From NCBI GenBank assembly GCA_963719315.1, contig CAVRBU010000011.1, positions 32,001 to 96,000 of the forward strand: a DNA stretch of 64,000 bases. Reading direction: 5' to 3'. Source of the stretch: an uncultured Planctomycetota bacterium. GTDB taxonomy: Bacteria > Planctomycetota > Planctomycetia > Pirellulales > Lacipirellulaceae. This document shows positions 1 to 11,970 of the stretch, in pieces (positions within the stretch are counted from its first letter, which is position 1; each line of letters starts with the position of its first letter). Position numbers and translations under genes: made by a program. The notes under the pieces are model-generated. The model saw nothing but the letters and a program-made list of their open reading frames with translations, ran no database searches and was not told the DNA's origin.

Positions 1-74
1 CATCCTTATCCCCAAAGCAAATCCAAGCCGACTCCCACCAGAAGAGGGATTTATTCTTATAGAAGCGTCATACC
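1..74 (-). mobile_element. Non-coding left end of a second IS110 copy (the rest lies upstream of the window)
   Basis: 1..88 matches 13627..13714 with one mismatch (75 vs 13701); the latter is the region upstream of the IS110 transposase. Confidence 0.9.
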
Positions 75-75
75 T

Positions 76-329
76 GGGCGTGTCCTTAGTTGTCCAGTCG
101 AGCTAATTCCCTGCTCGTCAAGCCGCGAATCACCGGCACGCGCATCCCTGTCGCGCTGGTGTTGGGTTATCTCGCATCGGGCGCCGGTGCGGACGACATT
201 CGCGCGGAGTTTCCCGATCTTCGGCCGGAACGCATCAGCGCTTGCTTGAATTACGCCCGCGAGCTGGCTGAATTCGAGGTCGCCACGACGTGAAGCTCTT
301 GCTCGACCACTGCGTGCCCAACCGCGTGG
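76..329 (+). pseudogene. 5'-truncated DUF433 antitoxin plus the first codons of a DUF5615 PIN-like toxin (copy 1)
   Basis: KPRITGTRIPV...IRAEFPDL...ISACLNYA is the DUF433 pattern; an overlapping GTGA starts MKLLLDHCVPNRV and then breaks off. Confidence 0.8.
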
Positions 330-691
330 ACGCCGGGTGGCAAGTATGGATTCAGCGGACGCTTACCGGGCTCGACGTTCGATGGGACTTTGATAGGTGA
401 CATAAGTTTAGACGCACCGCCGGTCGAAGAATCGTCGGCAAAGGGACTTACGGCGACGAGTGCCGCCAAACGAACGGTCGTGACAAAGGTTTTCTGAGGC
501 ACGACAACTGACACAGATAAAAGTAAGGCAACTAGCAGCCAGTGGGCAAACTCAGAGTTTATGAGAAGTTTGCGGGTTTCACACCGAATGGTGGTGAATA
601 TCATAGCGAACGGTTCTAATATCAATGAACAACTGTCAGTACGAGCGGCGACGCCAGGTTTACGGTGGCGTAATCTAACCAAAGGATTCGC

Positions 692-3600
692 ATGAAGAAG
701 AATCGAAGCTTACGCGTTGAGCAACTCGAGAATCGCTTGCTTTTGACTGGCGACACTTACTTGATCAACTTTCAAGCTGCGGGCGCACTTGTCCCAACTC
801 GATACGCTCCTGACACGGGTGAGGTGTTTGGATTGCGGAGCAATGGTTGGTCGTACGGATGGTCGAGCGATCACACAACTGTGGCCCGTGATCGTGGCGT
901 GCAGGCCGATCAGAGATTGGACACATTAATTCATTTTCATCAAGGACAATCTTGGGAGTTAGCTCTACCCAACGGGCTGTACGAAGTGACGGCAGCCGTC
1001 GGTGACCCATCGATTTCCAGCACCTACACATTGAATGTGGAAGGAGTGAACTACTGGAATGCCACGTCCTTGGTTGCGGGCGATTTCCGCACCAAGACTC
1101 TGCAGGTCACAGTGAACGACGGGCGGCTGACGTTGAAGCAGGGCGCTGCTGCAGAGATGGCAACGCGGATCGATTATATCCACGTTGTCGGTTTGCCGAG
1201 CAGTCCGAATGCAAGCCCGGCCACGCCAACGATTACGGAACCGACGGAGGAAGGCAAAATTGTGAACCCGGCGGACGTTCATATGGAGGCGGTGAACTTC
1301 TCGGACCCGGACGGGAACAATCATTTGTCGACCGACTGGGAAATCTGGACAGTCGGCGATACTCCTCAACGCGTTTGGCAAACGCTCGGCATCACAGGTG
1401 TCGAGAAGTTGCACACACATTTGGGTGACGGCATCTTTGAAAATTCGCACGCAGGCCGTACCGACTTGATTTCCGAGACCGTTCCCAACACTAATTTCAA
1501 CTCCTACAGCCTGGTTATTCCGGGAGTTACGGCCGGGAACCATCTGACGATCGTTGCCGAAATGATCGACGCCACCGGGGGCAGCGGAAGTGACCTCTCG
1601 GCAATGGTGGATGCGTTCACGCTGACCTCGCCCACAAATCAGAACTTGATGAACGACGGAGGCTTTGAACTAGCAGCTTCAGGCACACAGACAAGCAACA
1701 GCAGTTGGGTGATGACAGCCCAATCGGACGGAGTTGAACCTGTTGCACAGTTTCAGTCGGCGACATGGGCCGCAAGTGCCGGGAACAAAGGAGTTTGGTT
1801 CAAAGGCTTTCGAGGAACCGTGGCGAACCCCGTCGATGCGCACGTCACACAAGTCGTAACTGCCTCGGCTTCGGGCGACTACACATTAAGATTTGATGCC
1901 AAGGTCGAAGCAAATTTTGCCTCAGTCGCCGGAGCTTTTCGTATCACGATTACCTCCGATGGCACCGGCGGATCGCAGACAATCGACTTGTTGGAGCCCC
2001 CAGAATACGAACTGCGTGTGCGATATCGTGACGATGCGGGTTCGGTCAGTAATTATGCAACGCGCAGGTTTCGAGTCGGGGCCGCCACGACCGTGTTTCC
2101 ACTGGAGCTGGAAGATATAGCGTCGTCGCCTGCTCCAACTTGGATCGACTCCGCTGGCCATCTGGTAATCTTGCCCCAAGCGAGCACCCTTCAACCGCAA
2201 TTGCGCCTTGAAGGGAATACAGGCTCGCTATTGCTGTCGATCACAGCCGTCGATGGCAGCAGCAATAACGTGCTGAATCCGCCGGCTCTCAACGACCATG
2301 TGAATCTCCGAGTCGTGGTCACGGGCGGATCGAACGGGCTTCACGTGGGGAAGTCTGACCTTGTTTTCTTTGACGATCATGGCCAGCAATGGAAGGTCTT
2401 TTTGCCGGCGATTGATCTAGCCGCTAACCAGAGGCTCGACCTTTGGGTTGCGGCAAGCGGCTCAACCTATTTTGGTTCGGCGGCACAAACGGAACCGGTC
2501 TTCACCAATCTTGCACGGGAAGCTGACTTGCCGATTCCGTTCATTGTGACGGAGCCGGGATATGTGATAGAAGAAGTAGCTGGCGGATTGCAACTGCCGG
2601 TCAATGTCGCGTTTGTGCCCAATCCCGGAAATGCGCCCAATGACCCGCTGTTCTATATCAATGAGCTGTATGGAACGATCAAAGTCGTTACGAATGACTT
2701 GACGGTCAGCGACTACGCAACCGGCCTGTTGAATTTCGATCCGACCGGAGCCTTCCCCGGATCGGGCGAACAAGGGTTGGCCGGACTCGTCGTTGATCCG
2801 CTCAGCGGAGACTTATTCGTGACGCGCGCAACCGACACGGACGGTCTTCCCGGCGGGGATCACCATCCACAAGTCATTCGCTTACACAGCAACAACGGCG
2901 GGCGAACCGCAGCGAGCGTCACGGTCATTCTTGACATGGTCGGCGAGACTCAGGGACAGTCGCATCAAATCTCCAATGCGACGATCGGACCAGACGGGAA
3001 ACTTTATATCCACAATGGCGACGGTTTCGATTCGAGTACTGCTCTCAATCTCAATTCCTATCGAGGGAAAATCTTGCGGATGAATCTCGACGGGACTGCC
3101 CCAACCGACAATCCTTTCTACAACGCCGGTGACGGCATCGATTCCCGGGACTATATCTACGCATACGGTTTTCGCAATCCATTTGGCGGGGCGTGGCGTG
3201 CGAGCGACGGCAAGCAGTATGAAGTCGAAAATGGCAACGCATTGGACCGATTGGCCCGCGTCGACCCCGGCGGCAATTACGATTGGAATGGCTCTGATGC
3301 TTCGCTCCTGCCCGACGCCCGCTATGTATGGAATCCGGCTCACGCGCCGGTGAACATTGCTTTTGTACAGTCGGCAACGTTTGGCGGCAGCCAGTTCCCT
3401 ACTTCGAAGTTCGATCATGCGTTCGTCAGTGAATCGGGACCTACATACGCCCTCGGACAACAACTCAACGGGAAACGGATTTCAGAGTTCGAACTCGATG
3501 CCAACGGAAACGTGATTGGTTCGCCGACGACTTTCGTCGAATACGTTGGAACGGGACGAGCATCAGTAGTTGGCTTGGCCGCGGGGCCGGACGGTTTGTA

Positions 3601-4297
3601 TTTCACCGAACTCTACAAAGACCAAAACGTTGTAACGCCAATTGACGCCGGCGCAAGAGTGTTTCGTGTGCGTTTTGCCCCCGCCGGCAACGGCGATTTC
3701 AATGGCGATGGATTCGTTAACGGCGCCGATTTCATAGTTTGGCGGAAGACCCTCGGAGCGACCGGCCTGCTGCCTTATTCCGGCGCCGATGGCGATGGCG
3801 ACGGCAGCATCGACCAAAACGATTACGACGTGTGGCGAGCGCATTTCGGCGAAATGCTCTCGTCGCCTAGTACAGGAAGCGGCGTGAGTAACGTGACGGA
3901 ATCGACAGCTTTACTTGCTCCTCAGGATCGATTTGAAACAACCTCACCGCTCTTGTCCGTCAATGAACCAAACCAAAACGGATTGTCACGTGGTACGAGC
4001 GGGGCAGAGCAAATAGCGAGTACGCGCAACTACCTTTCTCCTTTTCTTGCTTTGGCTAATTCGCGCCCCGCGAATTCCCGAACAGTCGATCACCGTCCAC
4101 TCGACGTGCGTCGGAAATTGACTGTGAGCCGGAATGAAGATGCACTACTGGCGTGGGTGGCCTCACAAAACGATCCCAGGGAGCATTTTGATGACACGAG
4201 CGTCGCCGAGACGTGGTCGAGGGATGACATCCAGAGCGTGAACAACGTCCACATCGACTCTGTAGAGCAGGTGTTTGCACAACTGGACACCACCTAA
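692..4297 (+). CDS. Large secreted PQQ-dependent sugar dehydrogenase-like (GSDH beta-propeller) protein with a dockerin-like C-terminal domain
   Basis: N-terminal LRVEQLENRLLLT motif; GPDGKLY, GKILRMNLDG, YAYGFRNPFG and GPDGLYF propeller motifs; GDFNGDGFVNGADFIVWRK dockerin-like repeat. Confidence 0.85.
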   Translation: MKKNRSLRVEQLENRLLLTGDTYLINFQAAGALVPTRYAPDTGEVFGLRSNGWSYGWSSDHTTVARDRGVQADQRLDTLIHFHQGQSWELALPNGLYEVTAAVGDPSISSTYTLNVEGVNYWNATSLVAGDFRTKTLQVTVNDGRLTLKQGAAAEMATRIDYIHVVGLPSSPNASPATPTITEPTEEGKIVNPADVHMEAVNFSDPDGNNHLSTDWEIWTVGDTPQRVWQTLGITGVEKLHTHLGDGIFENSHAGRTDLISETVPNTNFNSYSLVIPGVTAGNHLTIVAEMIDATGGSGSDLSAMVDAFTLTSPTNQNLMNDGGFELAASGTQTSNSSWVMTAQSDGVEPVAQFQSATWAASAGNKGVWFKGFRGTVANPVDAHVTQVVTASASGDYTLRFDAKVEANFASVAGAFRITITSDGTGGSQTIDLLEPPEYELRVRYRDDAGSVSNYATRRFRVGAATTVFPLELEDIASSPAPTWIDSAGHLVILPQASTLQPQLRLEGNTGSLLLSITAVDGSSNNVLNPPALNDHVNLRVVVTGGSNGLHVGKSDLVFFDDHGQQWKVFLPAIDLAANQRLDLWVAASGSTYFGSAAQTEPVFTNLAREADLPIPFIVTEPGYVIEEVAGGLQLPVNVAFVPNPGNAPNDPLFYINELYGTIKVVTNDLTVSDYATGLLNFDPTGAFPGSGEQGLAGLVVDPLSGDLFVTRATDTDGLPGGDHHPQVIRLHSNNGGRTAASVTVILDMVGETQGQSHQISNATIGPDGKLYIHNGDGFDSSTALNLNSYRGKILRMNLDGTAPTDNPFYNAGDGIDSRDYIYAYGFRNPFGGAWRASDGKQYEVENGNALDRLARVDPGGNYDWNGSDASLLPDARYVWNPAHAPVNIAFVQSATFGGSQFPTSKFDHAFVSESGPTYALGQQLNGKRISEFELDANGNVIGSPTTFVEYVGTGRASVVGLAAGPDGLYFTELYKDQNVVTPIDAGARVFRVRFAPAGNGDFNGDGFVNGADFIVWRKTLGATGLLPYSGADGDGDGSIDQNDYDVWRAHFGEMLSSPSTGSGVSNVTESTALLAPQDRFETTSPLLSVNEPNQNGLSRGTSGAEQIASTRNYLSPFLALANSRPANSRTVDHRPLDVRRKLTVSRNEDALLAWVASQNDPREHFDDTSVAETWSRDDIQSVNNVHIDSVEQVFAQLDTT

Positions 4298-4540
4298 GTT
4301 CGATACCTTCTCGCTCAGGCCTCAGTCCCAGAGACGGCGTCCATAGTGCTACTGAAGATCGCAGCGGGTGGCTGTCGTCGGCGTCGGGCTGGGCGGCATA
4401 ACACGTGCCATCAAGCCGTGGCGACAGCCTGAACGCGAGACACATCAAGAAAGGACCGATTTAGAAACGGTTCCGAGAGCGACGATCGCCCAATGCGAAA
4501 ACCGGACCGAAAAAGGTTCCAGGAACCATCACTGGGGCGT

Positions 4541-4654
4541 GTAGCCAGGGGCGCAGCCCCTGGAAGGGCAGATCAATCAGTGTGAGAAGCTCCCGAAGGG
4601 GCGACATTGGGTTCGTTGCCGAATATCGATTTCTATGTCGCCCCTTCGGGGCTT
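4541..4654. repeat. REP-like palindromes
   Basis: GTAGCCAGGGG..CCCCTGG hairpin and the CCCGAAGGGGCGACA...TGTCGCCCCTTCGGG inverted pair. Confidence 0.6.
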
Positions 4655-4658
4655 CCCA

Positions 4659-4930
4659 CGCCGGGTGCCACTCGCCGCGGCGAGTGCTCCCCTTGCCAAA
4701 CCCTTGCGGCCCACAGCTTGATTCCAGTTCTCTAGCAACTTGAGCAACGGACCACGGGCGGCAGTGATTCGATTCTTCGATAGGAAGTGGTCGAGTGCAA
4801 GCTGGTACTTGGTCAACTCACCCGGAAAACAATTCGCGGACCTTCCCTTCATTTACGCACCTGCCAGTTGGAGCACTCGACCGATGAATGATCCACAACA
4901 AGCACTCGCCGCGGCGAGTGGCACCCGGCG
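4659..4930. repeat. Perfect 30-bp inverted repeat pair (4659-4688 / 4901-4930), each arm containing an internal palindrome
   Basis: CGCCGGGTGCCACTCGCCGCGGCGAGTGCT and its exact reverse complement. Confidence 0.85.
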
Positions 4931-5421
4931 AGTGGCGCACGTAAGTTGACCGGGCAGCGAATGGATCGGTTACTGCATCTGGGTGCTACCCACGGTTCGC
5001 GGAGCCTTTTTCGAACGTGGACCCAAAGGATTCTTGAGGCAGTAGGAACAAACGGAATTCTAACGTATCGGACGGTCGGCAGACTCCGCTTGGACGCAGC
5101 ATCGGCTTTCTGCATGAGCACGCTCGACGCACCGTTCAGTCCAACCGGCGGCCGCAGCACCCGATTTTGGACGCCAATGTCGTTTCGTCCTTTTGCCCGT
5201 ATGAGGATTGCGCACAAAACATTGGATCCGTTTGGTTGGTTTGACGTAGCACGTCTGTCGCAAAAGGTAGGCATGTAGATAGCTTGCGACGCAATACCAG
5301 TGAGAGTAGTTTGTTGCGTGAGGCTACAAATTGGTACAATTCGGTCAGTGGACGCGAAGTAAAGTACAAACGCGCTGTATCGCAGCCAATATATCTGTAT
5401 CTGAGAGCGAAATGTTTAGGA

Positions 5422-6622
5422 TATGGATTTGCGCCTCCCCACGTTATCGTTCTGAACGGTGGATCATCGAGTATCAAGTTCGCTGTATTTTCTTCGAACA
5501 CGCCGCTGATATGCAGCCTTTCAGGATTTGTGGAACACATTGGATCCGATTCAGCATCGCTTGTAGCCCAAACCGCCGATGATGCTCGCGTCGTTCAAAA
5601 TGCAATCCAGGCCGATAGTTACGAGAAATCCGGCGAGAGGTTGGCGGATTGGCTGATCGCGGAAGTCGGCCAAGAATCGTCGATTCATTCAATTGGGCAT
5701 CGAGTGGTCCACGGCGGGCTGCATTTGCTGGAGCACCAAATCGTGACCGCCGAGTTGTTGGACGAACTTCGTCGCGCTCAATTCCTGGATCTGGCCCATC
5801 TGCCTCGCGAAATTGAACTGATTGAAGTCTTTCGACGGCGCTATCCGATGGCGTCACACGTAGCCTGTTTCGACACCGTCTTTTTTCGAGACCTGCCGCG
5901 TTTGGCCCAGCTGCTGCCGATTCCTCGCAAGTACGATCGCGCCGGCATTCGACGGCTTGGATTCCATGGGCTGTCGTATACGTACCTGCTCTCCAAGCTG
6001 GCGACGATCGCACCTGGGGAATCCAAGGGCCGGGTGATCCTGGCCCACTTGGGGTCCGGCGAGCATGGCAGCGGTCCGAGATGGTCGGCCCATCGATACA
6101 AGCATGGCATTCACGCCCACCGCGGGGCTGGTCATGGGCACGCGTCCGGGCGACCTCGATCCAGGATTGTTAGTTCACCTTGCGCACGTTGAGAATTCGA
6201 CGGCGGATGAACTGGACGATCTGGTCAACCGACGGTGCGGTCTCGTCGGGATCTCCGAGACAACGTCCGACATGCGTGACTTGATCGGCCGACGTGATGC
6301 GGACCCGCGAGCCGAGGAGGCCGTTGGGATGTTTTGCTATCACGCCAAGAAGTTCATTGGCGCGTATGCTGCGGCGCTGGGCGGTTTGGAAGCGTTGGTC
6401 TTCTCAGGTGGCATCGGCGAGCGCTCGGCGGATGTGCGGGCGGAAATCTGCGAAGGATTGGAATTCCTTGGAATCCACCTCGACCCACGACTCAATGCCG
6501 CATCCGCGGGCGTCATTTCGGCCGAGGATTCGAGAGTCCGCGTGCGCGTCATTCCCACAGATGAAGAATCCGTGATTGCCGAGATCACGCACCGGCTAGT
6601 GAACGACGGGAAAACTGCGTAG
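5422..6622 (+). CDS. ackA: Acetate/propionate kinase, frameshifted at about 6060; start uncertain
   Basis: VLNGGSSSIKFA, GHRVVHGG, GFHGLSY and HLGSG in one frame; MAAV..DTSMAFTP..GLVMGTRPGDLDPG and FSGGIGE..IPTDEE in the next. Confidence 0.9.
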
Positions 6623-6709
6623 TATTGGAGGCGACCACTATGTCCGGCTATTGGCGCGGGATATCTCACGGATCGGGTCGTTGGCCGGCGCCGCGAAGCC
6701 ATTGACGCA

Positions 6710-9109
6710 ATGGAGACCAGCATGAGCACTGTGCGTATTAATCCGGACACTACCAACGTCCTGTCGCCAGATGAGCTGGAGAAAACCGACGCGTATTGGC
6801 GCACCGCCAATTATCTGTCGGTCGGACAGATCTATTTGCGCGACAATCCGTTGTTGCGCAAGCCACTGGAGATTGCGCATATCAAGCACATGCTGTTGGG
6901 GCATTGGGGCACGACTCCCGGCCAAAACTTCATTTACGTTCATCTGAACCGCGTGATTGAGAAGCACGACCTGAACATGATCTATGTTTCGGGCCCCGGC
7001 CACGGCGGTCCAGCGCTGGTCGGCAACACGTATTTGGAAGGCACGTACAGCGAGATCTACCCGAATATTACGCAAGATGAAGCGGGCCTTAGAAAACTCT
7101 TCACCCAGTTTTCGTTCCCTGGTGGAATTCCGAGTCACGTATCGCCCGAATGTCCTGGTTCGATTCACGAAGGGGGTGAACTGGGCTACTCTCTCAGTCA
7201 TTCCTTCGGTGCCGTTTTGGATAATCCGGAGCTGATCGTCGCATGCGTTGTCGGCGACGGCGAAGCGGAGACCGGCCCCCTAGCGACTGCCTGGCATTCG
7301 AACAAGTTTCTCAACCCAGCCACCGACGGCGCAGTATTGCCCATCTTGCATCTCAACGGTTACAAGATCGCCAATCCAACGATTCTCGCTCGCATTCCGT
7401 CCGGAGAGCTGCAAAAGTTATTGGAAGGCTTTGGATGGAAGCCGTATTTCGTCGAAGGCCACGAGCCGGAGAAAATGCACCAGTCGATGGCTGCGACGCT
7501 GGACCTCGTCATCGCACAGATTCATCGAATTCAAAACGACGCGCGTGGCAACGAGACAACAGCGCCACCATCGTGGCCGATGATTGTGTTGAGAAGTCCC
7601 AAGGGTTGGACCGGGCCAAAAGAAGTCGACGGATTGCCAGTCGAGGGCACGTTTCGCGCGCACCAGGTTCCCTTGTCGGACCCGACCAAGAATCCGAAGC
7701 ATCTGGCGCAGTTGGAAGAGTGGCTGGTAAGTTACCGACCGTGGGAGTTGTTTGACGATAATGGCGGGTTCAAGCGCGAACTTTCCGAATTGGCGCCAGT
7801 TGGCGATCGGCGAATGAGCGCCAATCCACACGCCAACGGCGGCATGCTGCTGCGCGAGTTGCGAATGCCCGACTTCCGAGGGTACGCGGTGGACGTACCG
7901 TCGCCGGGAGCGGTGGAGGCGGAAGATACGCGCATTGTCGGCCGGTTCGTTCGCGACGTAATCAAGCTCAACGAAGATCAACGTAACTTTCGTGTCTTCG
8001 GCCCCGACGAAACAATCTCCAATCGGTTGACAGCCGTATTCGAAGCGACGGAGCGCCAGTGGGAAGGGGAGACCATCGAGATCGACGAATTCCTAGCTCG
8101 CGATGGCCGGGTGTTGGAAGTGCTCAGCGAGCATCAATGCGAAGGATGGCTGGAAGGCTATTTGCTGACCGGTAGGCACGGGCTATTCAATTGTTACGAA
8201 GCGTTTATCCACATCGTAGATTCGATGTTTAATCAGCACGCCAAGTGGCTGAAGGTGACGGCCGGGCTGCCGTGGCGGCGGAAGATCGCGTCGCTCAATT
8301 ACTTGTTGACGTCGCATGTGTGGCGGCAGGACCACAACGGCTTCACGCATCAGGATCCGGGCTTCATCAGTCACGTGACGAACAAGAAAGCGGGGGTGGC
8401 TCGCGTCTATCTTCCGCCGGATGCGAACTGTTTGCTGTCTGTGATGGACCACTGCCTGCGGAGCCGCCATTATGTGAACGTCATCGTGGCCGGCAAGCAT
8501 CCCGCCCCACAATGGCTCACGATGGATGCCGCGGTGAAACATTGCACCGAGGGGATTGGCATTTGGCAGTGGGCTAGCACCGACAAAGGCTCGGAGCCAG
8601 ACGTCGTCATGGCCTGTGCCGGCGACGTACCGACGCTCGAGACACTGGCGGCGGTCTCGATTCTTCGCGGCGCGTTTCCGGAACTCAAGATTCGCGTGGT
8701 CAATGTCGTGGACTTGATGAAGCTGCAACCGAATAGCGAACATCCTCATGGTTTGAGCGACGCGGACTTCGACTCACTGTTTACCGCCGACAAGCCGATC
8801 ATCTTTGCTTTTCATGCGTATCCGTGGCTGATCCACCGACTGACGTACCGTCGCACGAATCACCACAACATGCACGTGCGGGGCTACAAGGAAGAAGGAA
8901 CCATTACCACGTCTTTCGACATGCCTGTGCTGAACGAGATGGATCGCTTCCACCTGGTGATGGACGTGATCGACCGACTTCCGCAGCTACTCGGCCGGGG
9001 CGATTACCTGAAACAGGAGATGCGCGACAAGCTCGTAGCGCATAAGCAGTACATCCGTACCGAGGGGCGGGACATGCCGGAGATTCGTGATTGGAAATGG
9101 CACGGATGA
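6710..9109 (+). CDS. xfp: Xylulose-5-P/fructose-6-P phosphoketolase
   Basis: [36 protein letters not shown] and [14 protein letters not shown] motifs; 799 aa. Confidence 0.97.
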   Translation: METSMSTVRINPDTTNVLSPDELEKTDAYWRTANYLSVGQIYLRDNPLLRKPLEIAHIKHMLLGHWGTTPGQNFIYVHLNRVIEKHDLNMIYVSGPGHGGPALVGNTYLEGTYSEIYPNITQDEAGLRKLFTQFSFPGGIPSHVSPECPGSIHEGGELGYSLSHSFGAVLDNPELIVACVVGDGEAETGPLATAWHSNKFLNPATDGAVLPILHLNGYKIANPTILARIPSGELQKLLEGFGWKPYFVEGHEPEKMHQSMAATLDLVIAQIHRIQNDARGNETTAPPSWPMIVLRSPKGWTGPKEVDGLPVEGTFRAHQVPLSDPTKNPKHLAQLEEWLVSYRPWELFDDNGGFKRELSELAPVGDRRMSANPHANGGMLLRELRMPDFRGYAVDVPSPGAVEAEDTRIVGRFVRDVIKLNEDQRNFRVFGPDETISNRLTAVFEATERQWEGETIEIDEFLARDGRVLEVLSEHQCEGWLEGYLLTGRHGLFNCYEAFIHIVDSMFNQHAKWLKVTAGLPWRRKIASLNYLLTSHVWRQDHNGFTHQDPGFISHVTNKKAGVARVYLPPDANCLLSVMDHCLRSRHYVNVIVAGKHPAPQWLTMDAAVKHCTEGIGIWQWASTDKGSEPDVVMACAGDVPTLETLAAVSILRGAFPELKIRVVNVVDLMKLQPNSEHPHGLSDADFDSLFTADKPIIFAFHAYPWLIHRLTYRRTNHHNMHVRGYKEEGTITTSFDMPVLNEMDRFHLVMDVIDRLPQLLGRGDYLKQEMRDKLVAHKQYIRTEGRDMPEIRDWKWHG

Positions 9110-11590
9110 CGAACGACGAAAAGATCGCCCACAAATCGGATCAGCCTACTGGAGGAAAGTCGCCGGCTGGATTGGAAAAACTCTCGCTCGATGAGTTGGA
9201 GCATGAACTGCAGTCATCGCCAACCGGATTGACGCAGGCCGAAGCGGCGCGCCGCCTGGAAAAGTACGGCTGCAACGAAATCGTCGAGCGCACGACGAAT
9301 CCGCTGTTGAGATTCCTCAGCTATTTCTGGGGGCCGATTCCGTGGATGATCGAGGCGGCTGTCATCTTGTCGGCGATGGTAAGGCACTGGGCAGACTTCT
9401 TTATCATTCTGGTGCTGCTCTTGGCCAACGCCGTGGTTGGATTCTGGGAAGAGTATCAGGCGGGCAATGCGATTGCCGCGCTCAAGGCAAAGTTGGCAAA
9501 CCGTGCCCGCGTCCTGCGCGACGGAAAATGGCTCAACCCGCTCGCGCGAACTGGTGCCGGGTGACGTGGTCCGCATTCGCCTCGGCGATATCGTGCCTGC
9601 CGACGCTCGTCTCCTCGCTGGCGACGCGATCGAATTGGATCAATCGGCACTGACCGGCGAATCGCTTCCCGTCGAGCGTAGCACCGGCGACGCCGTTTTT
9701 TCTGGATCCATTGTCCGACGCGGGGAAATCGACGCGCTCGTCTATGGAACCGGCCAGAACACGTATTTCGGCAAAACCGCCAAGCTCGTCGAAGAGGCCC
9801 ATACCATCAGCCACTTCCAGCGTGCGGTTCTGAAGATCGGCAACTACCTGATTGTGCTGGCGGTGGCCTTGGTCGTGCTGATCATCGTCGTGAGTCTCTT
9901 TCGCGGCGACCCGATGCTGGAGGCCCGTCCCGGACACGAGCCGGTCTTATTGTTTGCGCTCGTACTGACCGTCGCCGCCATACCGGTCGCAATGCCAACG
10001 GTGCTCTCGGTAACGATGGCCGTCGGCGCCCGGCTGTTGGCCAAGAAGGAAGCGGTGGTTAGCCGGCTGGCGTCGATCGAGGAACTGGCCGGCGTCGACA
10101 TCTTTTGTTCCGACAAGACGGGCACGCTCACGGAAAACAAGCTGACGCTGGGCGAGCCGTTTTGCGCCAGCGGGGTTGCCGCCGGCGAACTTATCCTCGC
10201 GGCATCGCTCGCATCGCGCGCTGAGGACAACGACACGATCGACATGGCCGTCCTGGCCGGGCTCAAAGATGCCGACGCTCTCCAAGGCTACAAGACCGTG
10301 CACTTTCAGCCGTTCGATCCGGTTCACAAGCGAACCGAAGCGGCAATTGAGAGTGCCGACGGTTTGACAATGAAGGTCGCCAAGGGGGCTCCGCAAGTGA
10401 TCCTTGAACTCTCGGCAACATCAGGAGACATGAAGTCGGAGGCCGAGAAGGTCATCAACGACTTTGCCCATCGCGGTTTCCGGTCGCTTGGCGTCGCACG
10501 AACGGATGCGCGAGGCGAATGGCAGTTCTTGGGCATATTGCCGCTGTTCGACCCACCACGGGCCGACGCCAAGGAAACGATTGCGACGGCCGAGGACATG
10601 GGCATCGATGTGATAATGGTGACGGGCGATCAAGTTGCCATTGCCCGCGAGATTGCCGGCAAACTCGGCCTTGGCACGAACATCATGGACGCAACCGTTT
10701 TGGCCGACGCGACGCCACAGGAGTCGGCGCAATTGACGACGTCCATCGAACAGGCAGACGGTTTCGCCCAGGTTTTTCCAGAGCACAAATTCCACATCGT
10801 CGAGATGCTGCAGAAACGTAACCACATCGTGGGCATGACCGGCGATGGCGTGAACGATGCCCCGGCACTCAAAAAGGCCGATTGCGGCATCGCGGTCTCC
10901 GGCGCTACCGAAGCCGCCCGCGCGGCCGCCGACATCGTGCTGCTCACACCCGGCCTGTCGATCATCATCGACGCGGTGAAGGAAAGCCGCAGGATATTCC
11001 AGCGGATGAACAGCTATGCCATCTATCGCATCGCTGAGACCATTCGCGTGCTGCTGTTGATGACGCTGTCAATTCTTGTGTTTAATTTCTATCCCGTTAC
11101 GGCCCTGATGATCGTCCTGCTCGCCATGCTTAATGACGGCGCCATCTTATCGATCGCTTACGACAATGTTCAATATCTGAACAAGCCTGAGGCGTGGAAC
11201 ATGCGTACCGTACTGGGCGTCGCGACCGTTTTGGGAATTGTTGGCGTTGTCGCGTCGTTCGGCCTTTTTTACCTCGGGGTGCGAGTGTTCCACTTCGATC
11301 GTGAGTTCATCCAGACCTTGATGTATCTGAAACTATCGGTCGCCGGGCATCTCACGATTTTTGTGACACGCACACGCGGTCCCTTTTGGTCGCATCGGCC
11401 AGCGACGATTCTGTTGGCTGCCGTGTTCGGCACTCAATTGATTGCCACCGTAATCGCCGCAACAGGCCTGCTCATGGCGCCGATCGGCTGGCTCTGGGCC
11501 GCGGCCGTTTGGAGCTACGCATTGGCATGGTTTCTTTTCAACGATCGATTGAAACTCCTGGCGTATCGATTAATTGAAGTATCGTCGTAG
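9106..11590 (+). CDS. Plasma-membrane-type proton-efflux P-type ATPase (type IIIA), frameshifted at about 9545
   Basis: ATGA overlap with the xfp stop; [43 protein letters not shown] and LNDGAIL motifs. Confidence 0.9.
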
Positions 11591-11970
11591 TATTTCGTTC
11601 TTGGTTATGCGCTCCTGTCGGTATGCAGTAATTGTCCGAGCTGCCATCTTGATACGTCAGACAAGACGTACAACTGAGACTATACGTGTGGCGGAGCCTA
11701 GGTATTGGGCCAACTGCGTAATGTGACTGCCATGGGGATTTCAAGTAGGGAGTGAGAATTTATTTATGTGCAGACTTCATGCGCACCACCAACTGGTGGC
11801 TTTTTAAAAGGAGTCGGAAGAATCAGTCTTGGTTCGATGAGGATCATCTCTGTCGCTTGGTGATCACGTTTCGCCGTACAGGTAATCCATAAGAGGGACG
11901 GCCCCAAACTGCCGTATCAGGCGGTGGTGATCCGACAGAGCGCCATGCACATTAAAGGCAGGAATGCCAT

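Noticed and set aside
11590..11970. IS1111-type long right end encoding a downstream guide RNA
   Set aside because: No sub-terminal inverted repeats found; the direct repeat and 17-bp promoter spacing favour an end at about 11971, though a longer end is not fully excluded
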